Below are positions 51,520 to 61,339 of a stretch of DNA of 64,000 nucleotides, piece after piece. Made by a program: the position numbers and the translations under genes. Each line of letters opens with the position of its first letter. Within the stretch, counting starts at the first letter, position 1. The notes under the pieces are model-generated. The model had not been told where the DNA came from and made no database searches. It saw only the letters and a program-made list of their open reading frames with translations. Source of the DNA: Candidatus Bathyarchaeota archaeon (GTDB lineage: Archaea; Thermoproteota; Bathyarchaeia; Bathyarchaeales; Bathycorpusculaceae); assembly GCA_963733095.1 (NCBI GenBank), contig CAVTBV010000007.1:64001-128000 (forward strand), given 5' to 3'.

Positions 51520-53505
51520 CTAATCAATCAAACCCCTACCAAATTTTAGCTGAGGTTGACGGCTTAGTTTTTCCCGGTTTATCCAGTAAAGATAGTTGCC
51601 ATCCGAATGCAAAGTTTTTCCGAGTAGTTCAGGGGTTACTGATTTTACTTTTATGAACGGTTGTTCGACGAATTCTTTGAGGTAGCCGATGAGGGATTGT
51701 TTGTCCTCAGCGTTTAGTTGATTGAAGTATTGGTTACAGTAGCTTTTTGATTTGGCCATTTGGAAATCAAAGTTGCGTTCTTTTAGGAAGTTGTTGATTT
51801 TTTTATCTATAGCGGTTTCTTCTTTTTTGTAGTCTACTCTTTTCATGCCAGCTCTTTCAAAGAATGGGTTGTATTTGGCCATGACTGCTAAGACCTCAAC
51901 TACTTTAGCTTCAGCTGTGGGTAGGGTATGCTTTACCAAGTATTCTCCTAGTCCAATTCCCCGAAACTTTGGATGGATAATAACTCGGCTTATTCGAGCC
52001 ACTTCATCATTGATTAGTTTTGCTTTATGCAAATCTCCAGGTGTAAACTTGTAGCGTTCCCCAAAAACCATGTTCCGAGGTTTAAGGTTCAAGTATGAGT
52101 TGGAATAGATGATAATTCCGATTAAGTTGTTGCCGCAGACAAGTTTGTAGCAGTTTCGCATTCTTAATTGCATGTTCTCTTTTTCGTTTGTGCTTCGGTA
52201 ATGGAAGCATTTTAACTTCTCGTAGTCTTCAAGGTCGCCTTCCTCAACAAGTATCGAGTCGAGCAGGCTGCACGGTTTAGCCGCAAATCTGTTTTTCTCT
52301 ACTGTAACATCTCCTTCAAAGCCCTTCCTAACCGTTATGTCAGGCTGAAAATCACCAAGTAAATCATCATGCGTGGTCGCAACAACCACAGTTTTCCCCA
52401 GCTTTCGAGCAAGCTTCTGCAAAGAGTAAGCGATTACCTTAGCCATAACACGGTCTAAACAACCGCAGAACTCATCAATCAACCAAACCTTCTTTTCTGT
52501 GCAATTAACGAGCTTAGCAAGCCGATAGCGGAATTTTTGACCATCGCTTAACTCCTTGAACTTACGCAGAAACATAAAAGCGTCATTCAACCCACATAAA
52601 CTCAGAATTTCAACAGCTTCCTTAACATCTTTACCAATACCTTCAACCAACGTCTCCTCAGGATCCACCGGAAAATCGCAAAGATCGATTGACTCTTCTC
52701 CAAAAAAGTTTTTAAAAGCCTTCAAAAGCAAAGATTTACCTCCTCCAGAATCACCCGTAACATAAATCAGATCGCCCCGTCTAAAATCAAGGCTAAAATT
52801 ATCAAATACCACAAACCGCTTAGTCTCGTCGATACCTAAGCCGAATGCTTCACAAACAGCCAAAGTCCGTTCTGAAATAGCTGCTTTAGTTGAGAATTCA
52901 ACGTTGCATTTTAACGTTAGAAGCTCGTCTGAATGCTCACCAGCAGGATTATGTATGTTGTTTTCAACTTTAGACTCGAAGCCTCCTGCAAGCCGTTTAA
53001 TATCGTCATCGCAGACGCTTGCTGGCTCACGAAGTCTGATCAAATTGTCAATACGCAAATCAGTCTCGTTAAGCAGAGACTTTAGTAGGCCGCGCTCGCC
53101 TTCGCTAATTATTCGGTAGTATTCTTCAGCATCTAGCAGTAAATCGTGTTCTCCGCGTAGCTTATTCATAACCTGTCTAATCAATCGTCTATCCACTTCG
53201 GAAACAGGCAACCGGACAACACTTACTTGTCGAATTCCAAGAGCTTTAGCAGCTTTGAGTCTGTGCTCGCCATCTGCAACCAGCAAATCCTTGTTAGTAA
53301 TGATGGGTACGACAAAGCCGAAGTGTTCAATGCTTTTCTTTAAAGCAGAGAAACGCTTGGGGGACAGCTTGTTGGGGTTGGCGCCATCTGTTTTTAACAA
53401 ATCAACAGAGACTAGTTCGGTTGGGGGGACAAATACTTCAATTTCTATAATAGGGGTCGTAGTGTTCATTATCTGTATCCTCACTATATTCGGTTTTTTT
53501 GTCAA
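51520..53505 (-). CDS. ParB/Srx - ABC ATPase - GNAT acetyltransferase fusion (COG2401-like; start probably 53469)
   Basis: NPNK..SIEHFGF..PI..DGEHRL; GDSGGGKS, LSDGQ, LIDEF, ATTH; ISRVIIHPKFRGIGLG, YNPFFERAG. Confidence 0.9.
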   Translation of the reverse strand: MTKKPNIVRIQIMNTTTPIIEIEVFVPPTELVSVDLLKTDGANPNKLSPKRFSALKKSIEHFGFVVPIITNKDLLVADGEHRLKAAKALGIRQVSVVRLPVSEVDRRLIRQVMNKLRGEHDLLLDAEEYYRIISEGERGLLKSLLNETDLRIDNLIRLREPASVCDDDIKRLAGGFESKVENNIHNPAGEHSDELLTLKCNVEFSTKAAISERTLAVCEAFGLGIDETKRFVVFDNFSLDFRRGDLIYVTGDSGGGKSLLLKAFKNFFGEESIDLCDFPVDPEETLVEGIGKDVKEAVEILSLCGLNDAFMFLRKFKELSDGQKFRYRLAKLVNCTEKKVWLIDEFCGCLDRVMAKVIAYSLQKLARKLGKTVVVATTHDDLLGDFQPDITVRKGFEGDVTVEKNRFAAKPCSLLDSILVEEGDLEDYEKLKCFHYRSTNEKENMQLRMRNCYKLVCGNNLIGIIIYSNSYLNLKPRNMVFGERYKFTPGDLHKAKLINDEVARISRVIIHPKFRGIGLGEYLVKHTLPTAEAKVVEVLAVMAKYNPFFERAGMKRVDYKKEETAIDKKINNFLKERNFDFQMAKSKSYCNQYFNQLNAEDKQSLIGYLKEFVEQPFIKVKSVTPELLGKTLHSDGNYLYWINREKLSRQPQLKFGRGLID

Positions 53506-53968
53506 CTGAGGAATCGGTGAAAGGTTGTTTGTTTGCAGCTGCCCTTCTTTCCGTCATGTTTAGAAAAAAATCAGCTAATCTATCGTAGGCGATTTCCGGG
53601 TTTTCATGAGCTTTTTTCAAAGCAATCTTCAAATTGCTAAAGAATTCAAGGTAATGCAGGTCAAAATACAGCTGGTCTACTCTATTGTTAGGATCGCCGA
53701 TTAAAGAGAGCAATGTGAACTTGAGTGTTCCTGTTGCATACCTGAAGAGGATCTCACAACCCTTGTTGATTATATCCTTGTTCGCCTGCAATATCTCAGG
53801 AGTAAGCTTAGGACCAAACTCCTCCTGCAGTTTCTCTATCCTTAGAAAGAGAGCTTTCTCAGCCTCACTGAAGGTCGAGTTGTCAAATCGACCTATATAA
53901 TCTCTTGGCTCGTCGACAAGTTTAGAAGACAAAGCGTCAATTCTCTTAGTTAAACGAGGCATGTTCAT
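53438..53968 (-). CDS. Hypothetical helical protein
   Basis: Overlaps both neighbours (operonic). Confidence 0.7.
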   Translation of the reverse strand: MNMPRLTKRIDALSSKLVDEPRDYIGRFDNSTFSEAEKALFLRIEKLQEEFGPKLTPEILQANKDIINKGCEILFRYATGTLKFTLLSLIGDPNNRVDQLYFDLHYLEFFSNLKIALKKAHENPEIAYDRLADFFLNMTERRAAANKQPFTDSSVDKKTEYSEDTDNEHYDPYYRN

Positions 53969-54357
53969 GGTACAAACACTCCATGTTTGGCTTTTTCCTC
54001 TAAAGCTTGTAGTCGATTGATAAGCTCGGGGAGAACAGCGGTTTGAAACAGCATCGTGTTTGCCTTGAGCATGATGTTAAGGGCGCCAAGCTGAGCAAAT
54101 TCATTTTGGCTTGTTAGTAGGCGGACGCTGGCTTGCCGATAGATTTGTTCGTACCGGTTGACCACCTTCATCATAACGTCTTCACAATTTAGGACACTTT
54201 GAAGGGCTGGTTGCCACCGTGCTCTGGTTTCAAAGTCCAAGTAGATAGTGCGTTCGCTGCAACCCGCTTTTTGGCTAAGTTCCGAGACGATTTCGGCTTG
54301 GGAGAAGCCTAAGCCCTCCAGCCTGAGCAGTTCTAAGCGTCTGGTTATTGTTTGCAT
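53965..54357 (-). CDS. HTH protein, terminase-small-subunit-like architecture
   Basis: RRLELLRL..GFSQAEIV..GCSERTIYLD, then helical tail. Confidence 0.6.
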   Translation of the reverse strand: MQTITRRLELLRLEGLGFSQAEIVSELSQKAGCSERTIYLDFETRARWQPALQSVLNCEDVMMKVVNRYEQIYRQASVRLLTSQNEFAQLGALNIMLKANTMLFQTAVLPELINRLQALEEKAKHGVFVP

Positions 54358-54890
54358 GTTATTGACCTTGGTACTTTCGGTTTATTCGTACCAAAGAAAA
54401 ATTCTTGAAAACTCGCAGAACTCACAGCTCCAAAATTTCCCGTTGCATAAATTGGCGATACCATCTAATTCCGTGTCATGAAGCCAAAATTGGATTGTTG
54501 GTCCGCTAATTTACCCCCCAAAAATTGCAACTTTTCTTCAAATTACACACTCAGCCTAAACTATAGAAAAAAAGGTTTGCCTTTTTCCTTTGAGCATTCA
54601 AATGGGTTTTAAAAAGATGTGGGTAAGGCATTGTGGTGCTATCGATATCCTCTGGATTGCAAAAAATCAGACTACTCAGGCAATGAATGCTTTGGCAGAG
54701 TTCGTGAGACTTGGGGTTAAGGAGTATCCACTAATGTTTGCTGATGAGTCAGACACTATGAAGATTAAGCCTTCGAAACAATATTTCTCTTACGCCTTTC
54801 AGACAACAGATACTTTCAGGTCGCGTAAAGAACCAGGCTGAAGACTGAGAATATAAAAAAAGAAAAGTGTTAAGAAAGGAATGTTTTGTG

Positions 54891-56093
54891 TTATGGGATT
54901 TCAGGGTTGCTGATGCATCTTGACGCCCACGGCATTAGTGTGTATGAAAAGAGTGGATTGCCTAAGTGGGTGCAGTTGTTTCCGCTTTGGGCATGCGGGT
55001 TGTCTTTGTAGAAACCGCTTGGTTCCATTACGGTATTTGCAGTTCCCGTTCCTGTCATTGGAGGATAAGTTGGAACTCCTGGGTGTTGTAAGCCCATTAC
55101 GTGTCCCAGCTCATGAGCTAGGTGATTGATGTTTATAGCTCCAAGATAGGCGCCCGGATTGTTTGGGTCAGGTACTCTGAGCTGTGCATCGCATGTTACG
55201 ATTTGGGCGTTGGCTGTACCTGAGCCAAAGGTTGCTCCTCCTCCCCAGTTAGCGTAGAAATACTGATTCATGCTATCAGCTACAAACACTTCTATAGCGT
55301 TAGATTGAGTTACTTCGTTTCTTAAGTTATCAATTTCAGTCGCAGTATCTAAAACTTTGTAGTTAGCCTTGTTAACATAGACTGGAGGGAGAACGTTGAA
55401 GAAAATACAGCATTTTCTCCACATACACTTAGCGGCTTGCATCAATGTGTCAAACGACCAGCCAGTAGGGCTCGCATCGGTTGGTCCTGATCTGATGAAA
55501 ACAGGTTGAATCGGAAGAGTCTTAAAAAAAGCAAAGGCTATGATGACTGTTCCCACGATGGATACATTTTGGACAACTATTTGAGTTACCCATGGGAACT
55601 CTTGCGCCTTCAAATCTAAACTTAAGGTAATCGGTACTCTCATTTCTTTGGTAGGTTCCCTCATTGGAAAACTCAATTTTTCCCCAAATTTTCCTTGGAT
55701 CTTGCCCATTATTGTATCGACGAAAGGAACAAAATAGTCCAAGTCTTTTCCTTCAGATTTTCTGTAGCCTTTTGATTTATCGATTAGCGGATAATGCAGA
55801 TTCATTTGGAAGGATACTTCAAATGTTCCGTCCGGAGAATATTTTGCTACCGATGGGTTTCTTAAGTTAAGTGAAATTTGTCCCGAATCTCCCTCTTTGG
55901 CCTCTACAGTTGACGCAATAAGATTTGCTTCATCGAGGGTAAGTTTAGGCGTTTCTTTGTCGTTTGAAATAGAAAATAGCAGTTCACCGTTAATTTGAGA
56001 TTTTTGTTTTCCCTTGTTTGTGATTACGAATGCGGATGCATTTACGAGTTTTGCTATCAGATGATTTTGTTTTGTTGTTGACATGTTTTTCAC
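54891..56093 (-). CDS. Metzincin zinc metalloprotease
   Basis: HELGHVMGLQH (HExxHxxGxxH) and Met-turn TVMEP; no signal peptide seen. Confidence 0.8.
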   Translation of the reverse strand: MKNMSTTKQNHLIAKLVNASAFVITNKGKQKSQINGELLFSISNDKETPKLTLDEANLIASTVEAKEGDSGQISLNLRNPSVAKYSPDGTFEVSFQMNLHYPLIDKSKGYRKSEGKDLDYFVPFVDTIMGKIQGKFGEKLSFPMREPTKEMRVPITLSLDLKAQEFPWVTQIVVQNVSIVGTVIIAFAFFKTLPIQPVFIRSGPTDASPTGWSFDTLMQAAKCMWRKCCIFFNVLPPVYVNKANYKVLDTATEIDNLRNEVTQSNAIEVFVADSMNQYFYANWGGGATFGSGTANAQIVTCDAQLRVPDPNNPGAYLGAININHLAHELGHVMGLQHPGVPTYPPMTGTGTANTVMEPSGFYKDNPHAQSGNNCTHLGNPLFSYTLMPWASRCISNPEIP

Positions 56094-56309
56094 CTCGATT
56101 TATTTTATAAAAAAACCTCATTTATTATTAGATATTTCTTAATATATAAAGAATAACTTGTTCAAAAGTGTAAATTTACACGGTTATTTTAATAGTTTTT
56201 TTGATGATGCTGAAATTACGCTTATAAACTGAAGCACTTAATTTATCGCTTGATTTATTATTTAGAAACGCTTAAGAGTTAAGAGAACAATAAATTATTT
56301 GGTGTTTTT

Positions 56310-57182
56310 ATGCCAAATTCAGTACAGGTGACAATCGATATTTTTAGCGGTCGACCCAATCCAGTACTAGAGTTTAAAGACCAAGAAGCCAAAACCATTT
56401 TAGACAAACTGCAACCAGGAAAAAAAATAATCGCCCAAAAACCACTCCCCTCCGAACCTATACTAGGATACAGAGGAATGATAATAAATCAAATCGGAGA
56501 ACAGACCAAAGATTTGCCACAGACTTTTCGAGTCGCCAACGGAGAGCTTTTCGGCACCAATCTAGCCCATAAAGCAAAGGACGAAACTTTTGAAGACTTC
56601 ATATGCGGCACAAACCAAGCGAAAAAAATGGAAGAACCTCTATGCCGAATTATGAAGGAGCAAATCAAGAATTTCCACGAAATAAGAGAAAAATGGGTCC
56701 ATGAGAAAATAGTCTGGCCTCCCCACACGAATCCTTGCAAATGCGCGCCCCTATATGAGCCAACATGGTGGAATGTCCCTGCTATTCAGCCATACAACAA
56801 CTGCTACAACTATGGCACTAATTATCGTTCAAACACTTTTGCACAGCCAGGCCGTTCAGGAGGAGCCATGTACACATCTTTAACTTGTGCCTCAGTAAAA
56901 CCAGCAGCATTAAAAGACGACCTAATCGATAGTCCTACCCAAGAAAATGCTTGCCCCAAAGAAGGACATTTGGTTGCACTAGTAATATGGCCCAATTATG
57001 ATTTTCATTGGTATCGCAAGGGTCAAAACGGGTATTGGTCTCATAAGCCTGGAGGTACTGCAGTAACCAACGTCGATAACAGCGGACATCTGATTCTTGA
57101 TCCAAGGAATGCTAACAGAGGGGGATACACCGATTTCTGCGGATTCATGGTTGTCAAAGATGGACACATCAAAATCAGCTAA
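56310..57182 (+). CDS. Putative papain-like Cys-His enzyme with N-terminal FSGRxNP domain
   Basis: NNCYNY, DFHWYR, WSHKPG motifs. Confidence 0.55.
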   Translation: MPNSVQVTIDIFSGRPNPVLEFKDQEAKTILDKLQPGKKIIAQKPLPSEPILGYRGMIINQIGEQTKDLPQTFRVANGELFGTNLAHKAKDETFEDFICGTNQAKKMEEPLCRIMKEQIKNFHEIREKWVHEKIVWPPHTNPCKCAPLYEPTWWNVPAIQPYNNCYNYGTNYRSNTFAQPGRSGGAMYTSLTCASVKPAALKDDLIDSPTQENACPKEGHLVALVIWPNYDFHWYRKGQNGYWSHKPGGTAVTNVDNSGHLILDPRNANRGGYTDFCGFMVVKDGHIKIS

Positions 57183-57510
57183 AAACCAAAAATGCGTCGG
57201 CGGTGCGCTGGTGTTTTCTGGCCGCGAAAACCCCAAATGGGAGATTGAGAAAGAACTCTATTCGGAGTTAATGGCAATCTGGGATTCACTAAAACCTATA
57301 CAAAGTGTTAATCCAACTACTCCTAGACTGGGCTATCAAGGCTGCTTCTTAAGATGCCCAAACGACAAGGAATGGATTGCATTTGAGGGGTTAGTTACAC
57401 TAAAAACGCTAAAGTTATCAGTATACCGTGAAGATAAATATCGGAAATTTGAAAAAAAAATACTTTCCTCCGCTCCGAAAGATACCCTCCCTCCCTTTTT
57501 ATTTGAATAA
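57160..57510 (+). CDS. Stand-alone FSGRxNP-domain protein
   Basis: VFSGRENPKW..RLGYQG parallels IFSGRPNPV..ILGYRG of the upstream gene. Confidence 0.65.
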   Translation: MDTSKSAKNQKCVGGALVFSGRENPKWEIEKELYSELMAIWDSLKPIQSVNPTTPRLGYQGCFLRCPNDKEWIAFEGLVTLKTLKLSVYREDKYRKFEKKILSSAPKDTLPPFLFE

Positions 57511-57676
57511 AGTGCCTTTAGGTCGTTGAGGCAACTGTCGAAACCATTCTGTTTCCCTTGTCTATCGTTTTTAAGAGCCAATTCTTTGCAATTTTTTTGT
57601 TGGCAACCTTAGCCACTGCAGGTAAAGCAGGTTTTTGGGCATACAAATTTTTTTCGCCAGCGGAGCTCAGATTCGT

Positions 57677-57890
57677 TGCAAAGCTTGCTTAACCAAGAAA
57701 CTTGCATGCAGCCGGGTAGCGAAACTTACTCGCTCATACAACGGCAACTAGAACAGTTCTTCTTTCCCAACCTTCCCCAGACACACAGCTACGCACACAA
57801 CCGCAACCAAAACCTAACCCAAAGCCCAAACAAAAAAAGCAACCCAAAACAAACCCCCCATCCTGCAAAAAAAACCGTGTTGTTGTTCTA
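57677..57890. repeat. C/A-rich repeat F, copy 1
   Basis: Match to 60604-60784, 59617-59720, 61293-61321. Confidence 0.85.
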
Positions 57891-57946
57891 GCAGACAGAA
57901 CCTTGTAACTCAAAAAACCCGGCGCTCCTTTAGAAGCGAGCACCAA

Positions 57947-58348
57947 TTATTCCATTTGGTCAATTGGAATTGCGACTTTGCACTTCTTAAGCAAATCTTT
58001 GTCCTGCGTTACTAATTTCATATTTTGCCTTTCAGCAATGTATGCATACGAAGCATCATAGAACGTGAGGTTCCGTTCTATAGCAATCGCCAGAACATCA
58101 GCGATAGAATCTATCGTCATCTTTTGCAATGGAGCGAGGGCATCAGAAAAAATCGTTGCAACCCTGCTGGGATCCTTGAGTTTTTCTTGTTTATTTTCCC
58201 GCCATAGCACATTACCAACTTCAAATTCAATAAGTGAACTCACAGCGCACTCCTCGACACTGAAGGGAATACCTGAGATAAGCATCGGATAGAGCGCTGA
58301 GGTATCTATGAGGTACTTACATCTCTTGTCTTGTCGCTGTGACATCAT
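57947..58348 (-). CDS. vapC: VapC PIN toxin
   Basis: LIDTSA, E, LTFYDASY, LVTQD. Confidence 0.9.
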   Translation of the reverse strand: MMSQRQDKRCKYLIDTSALYPMLISGIPFSVEECAVSSLIEFEVGNVLWRENKQEKLKDPSRVATIFSDALAPLQKMTIDSIADVLAIAIERNLTFYDASYAYIAERQNMKLVTQDKDLLKKCKVAIPIDQME

Positions 58349-58543
58349 CGACCCATTCCTGAGGTTTAACGTTCATGAGCTCTTTGAGTTCCTTTGCGAT
58401 TCGCTGGGCATTTGTTTTCTTCTCGGCTACGAGTTCCTCAAGGGTTTTCTCCACAGCCAATCTTAAGTCGATCCCTAGCTTTTCAGCTTCAAGTTTTAGG
58501 CTTTTCTTGACCCTTACAGATAATACTTCGGTCAACAGTTCCA
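58317..58543 (-). CDS. vapB: VapB-type RHH antitoxin (start approximate)
   Basis: VLSVRVKKSLKLEAEKLGID; overlaps vapC. Confidence 0.75.
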
Positions 58544-58545
58544 CC

Positions 58546-58573
58546 CGTATACAAAAATAATAATCTGTATACG
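58546..58573. promoter_or_regulatory. Inverted repeat, probable TA autoregulatory operator
   Basis: CGTATACA-N12-TGTATACG. Confidence 0.55.
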
Positions 58574-58654
58574 ACAAATATAAGAATACTGCAAAGAAGA
58601 CGTGACCTCTTTTTTCAAACAAACCATTTGCTAATCAAAAGGTTAAAAAAAATA

Positions 58655-59095
58655 TTAAACGTCGAACGGATAATCCTTGATATGTGTCACTTTAAAGTGT
58701 TCCTTGGCTTTTTCAAACAATTTGTTGTCTGCTGTAATCAGTTCTGCGCCTATTTTTTCGCAAAGAAAAAGATAAGCTGCATCATAAATCGCAATATCAA
58801 TCTTGCAGGCAATTGCTAAGCTCTGGGAAACATCGGTCCAATCTAATTCATAAAGCCTTAGTTGAGTATCCTGCAAGAATTTGAGTGCCTCTTGAGCATC
58901 AGTCTGCTGGATTCTTCTTTGTTTAACCGCTATCCACAATGCGTTTGCTGTTTCTTGTGTAATAAATGACGGCGCGAACAGCTGAACTTCGCCGCTGAGG
59001 AAATTGTGTTTTAGTTTATCTGCGTTTTCCTGATAAATTTCATCGGGCAAAACCCATTTCAAGACTACGCTTGCATCTATGATACAGTTAAGCAT
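58655..59095 (-). CDS. vapC: VapC PIN toxin
   Basis: IIDASVVLKW, ETANAL, IYDAAY, LITAD. Confidence 0.92.
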   Translation of the reverse strand: MLNCIIDASVVLKWVLPDEIYQENADKLKHNFLSGEVQLFAPSFITQETANALWIAVKQRRIQQTDAQEALKFLQDTQLRLYELDWTDVSQSLAIACKIDIAIYDAAYLFLCEKIGAELITADNKLFEKAKEHFKVTHIKDYPFDV

Positions 59096-59102
59096 GCTGC
59101 TC

Positions 59103-59327
59103 TCACATCAGGCCTTCTCGAATCCAACCAAGAATCTCTTCATTAGTTGCTGGCTTTGACCGTTTTCTTATTTGGTCAAGCTTTTCAAAAGCTTCTCGTT
59201 TCTTTTGTTCATCAATTTTAGTCTGCAAGCATTCTCTGATATATTGGCTCCAGTTTAGCTCAATTTTCTTCATGTCTTTTTTCATTGCTCTGGGAATTTT
59301 CACGGTGATCACATCGATTTCGTCCAT
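59103..59327 (-). CDS. vapB: VapB-type RHH antitoxin
   Basis: VITVKIPRAMK..NWSQYIRE. Confidence 0.8.
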   Translation of the reverse strand: MDEIDVITVKIPRAMKKDMKKIELNWSQYIRECLQTKIDEQKKREAFEKLDQIRKRSKPATNEEILGWIREGLM

Positions 59328-59348
59328 GACCCAATAGTATTCCCTCAA

Positions 59349-59371
59349 AGTATATATCAACAATATATACT
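59349..59371. promoter_or_regulatory. Inverted repeat, probable TA operator
   Basis: AGTATATAT-CAACA-ATATATACT. Confidence 0.55.
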
Positions 59372-59616
59372 AAAGAATTACACACCTATAGATTTTTCGT
59401 TTTAGGCTAACTGCCTGCTTTTTAGTCCTCTATTTCGACTAATGGACCTTAAGCGGCCATCTAGTCCACGACCGCTCATCTTTCAACATTCTCATCGAAA
59501 AACTAATGACCGGCTTCTAAATTTCCATACTAAACTAATTAAAAAAAACACATAGAAATAGTATTCAACAAATTCTTCAACGGAATATGCCTGATTATTT
59601 CGTCAAGCAACAAAAA

Positions 59617-59720
59617 CACTCCGCCTCCCCCCAACCTTCCCAAGACGCACACAAACGCAACCAAAACTTGTCCATAAGCCTAAATCAAAAAGGCAGCCTA
59701 AAGCAAGTCCCCAAATTTTC
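59617..59720. repeat. Repeat F, diverged copy 2
   Basis: CCCCAACCTTCCC..GACGCACACAA.CGCAACCAAAAC. Confidence 0.7.
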
Positions 59721-59773
59721 GCGCAGCAATACGTTTTTTATAATCAGCCTAATGAGAGGAAAAAATCAATCGT

Positions 59774-60199
59774 CTATAAGGTCGGCAGTTTAACTATGCC
59801 GTCTATGTTGCTGAAGTGCTCATCGAACGTGTATATTTCGTCGATATCGTTTTGTCGCATTCTATCAACGGCTAACGCATCGTTTGGTTCAAGCTTTAAG
59901 TCGTTACCAATTTCAGCCGCGGCAAAATACGCATCTTTAGTTACATCAAGGATTCTTACATTATCTAACATAAAGAGCCCCAAAATCAACGACGTTAGCT
60001 GATCTTGAGGCATGCCATTTTTAAGAATGTTAACAATTTCCGAAACATGTACAACTGTTGTAGTGACTTGTTCTTCGCCTGATGAAACCCTTCTGATTAT
60101 TTCTTTCGCTTGATCTTTCATAGCCTCTTCTTTTTCGGTTAAAGTCTTCTTCGGTCTATAATAGGCATAGACAAAAACGTTTGCATCCAAGAACCTCAT
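59774..60199 (-). CDS. vapC: VapC PIN toxin
   Basis: FLDANVF, SEI, PNDAL, TFDEHF. Confidence 0.92.
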   Translation of the reverse strand: MRFLDANVFVYAYYRPKKTLTEKEEAMKDQAKEIIRRVSSGEEQVTTTVVHVSEIVNILKNGMPQDQLTSLILGLFMLDNVRILDVTKDAYFAAAEIGNDLKLEPNDALAVDRMRQNDIDEIYTFDEHFSNIDGIVKLPTL

Positions 60200-60459
60200 A
60201 CAGAGTCCTCGGACACTTTCTTCTCAAATTCGCTCCAACTGCCAATCGACTTGACACCCAAATCAACTTTATCAAAGCACTCGGTCAAATCTACCCGTCG
60301 CTTTGGAACCAATTTTAGGTAGCCTTTCCGCTTGATTACGTACAGTTCTCTGGTTTCACCGATTTCAGATTCACGCCAATCAGCAGGCAAGATAAGACGT
60401 CCCTGAGCATCCACCTTTTTGATTTCCACACCACTTTCCAAGTTTTCCACCACAAACAC
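60196..60459 (-). CDS. AbrB/MraZ-fold antitoxin
   Basis: KKVDAQGRLILPADWR; 4-nt overlap with vapC. Confidence 0.8.
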   Translation of the reverse strand: MFVVENLESGVEIKKVDAQGRLILPADWRESEIGETRELYVIKRKGYLKLVPKRRVDLTECFDKVDLGVKSIGSWSEFEKKVSEDSV

Positions 60460-60603
60460 TGATAGCCATCCACTCTAAAAAACTTTCACAGCCAACAACC
60501 CCAAAAATAACAGAGAACTTCATGCAACGTAATACACCCCATATTTTTGATGACTTGATTAGGATAGAAAGTTCTAGAATTACATGCAAAAATCAGCTTC
60601 TTG

Positions 60604-60784
60604 GCGAAACTTGCGCGCAAATAGAGCGACAACTAGAACAATCCGCCACCCCCAACCGTCCCCAACCTTCCCCAGACACACAGCGACGCACACAACCGCA
60701 ACCAGAAAAAGCTGCAAAGCCCAAGCAAAAAAAGCAACCCAAAACAAACCCCTCATCATGCAAAAAAAACCGCGTTGTTGTTCT
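60604..60784. repeat. Repeat F, copy 3
   Basis: Match to 57719-57890. Confidence 0.85.
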
Positions 60785-60890
60785 TCTATCAGACAAAAAA
60801 GTTAGAAGGATTCTATGGTTACTCCTTTAGCTTTCAACACTCTAATCTTCTCAGCAGCGGTTTTTGTGGCCTTTTGAAAATGCATCCACA

Positions 60891-61115
60891 CTATTCCAAA
60901 ACCAAACTAAAAACTTGGGCAACTAAGTAGTCTTCTCTGGCGTCTGCTTCTTTTTGCGTTAAACCATACTTCATTTGATCCGCCAGCACATGTTTCTGGA
61001 TTGCGTTTCCCAAAGCATTCAAATCAGGCAATAGAAGAATCTCATAACCGCAGGTACACTTCAAAACAGGCAAATTATCCTTCAACGAATGCTTTTTTGG
61101 GTCTTTCGGTTCCAT
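60891..61115 (-). CDS. Small CxC..H putative zinc-binding protein
   Basis: LKCTCGYEILLLPD..AIQKH. Confidence 0.6.
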   Translation of the reverse strand: MEPKDPKKHSLKDNLPVLKCTCGYEILLLPDLNALGNAIQKHVLADQMKYGLTQKEADAREDYLVAQVFSLVLE

Positions 61116-61339
61116 TAATTTACCATATCCAAGACAACTGTACGTTCTTCATCAATTAAAGGCAAGTTCCAAAACCTGTAATATGTCAAAAAAAATAAAT
61201 GAAATAGCTTTAAAATAAAATAGACCTTAGGTCTTTTCTACAGCTTATTAATTCCGCAAACAGCGATTGACGCATTTTTTGCATTACACCCATGCAAAAG
61301 CTTGCTTAACCAAGAAACTTGACGGTTTATTCAAAATCT

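Noticed and set aside
51520-51560. Clamp-binding motif QPQLKF at the fusion's C-terminus
   Set aside because: It does not fit QxxLxxFF and is too weak to call.
50647-54357. Intact provirus
   Set aside because: No terminase large subunit, portal, capsid, integrase or replication gene is visible.
57676-57946. ORFs over repeat F (also 59587, 60522-60830)
   Set aside because: Low-complexity C/A-rich sequence gives stop-poor frames, and frames shift between copies.
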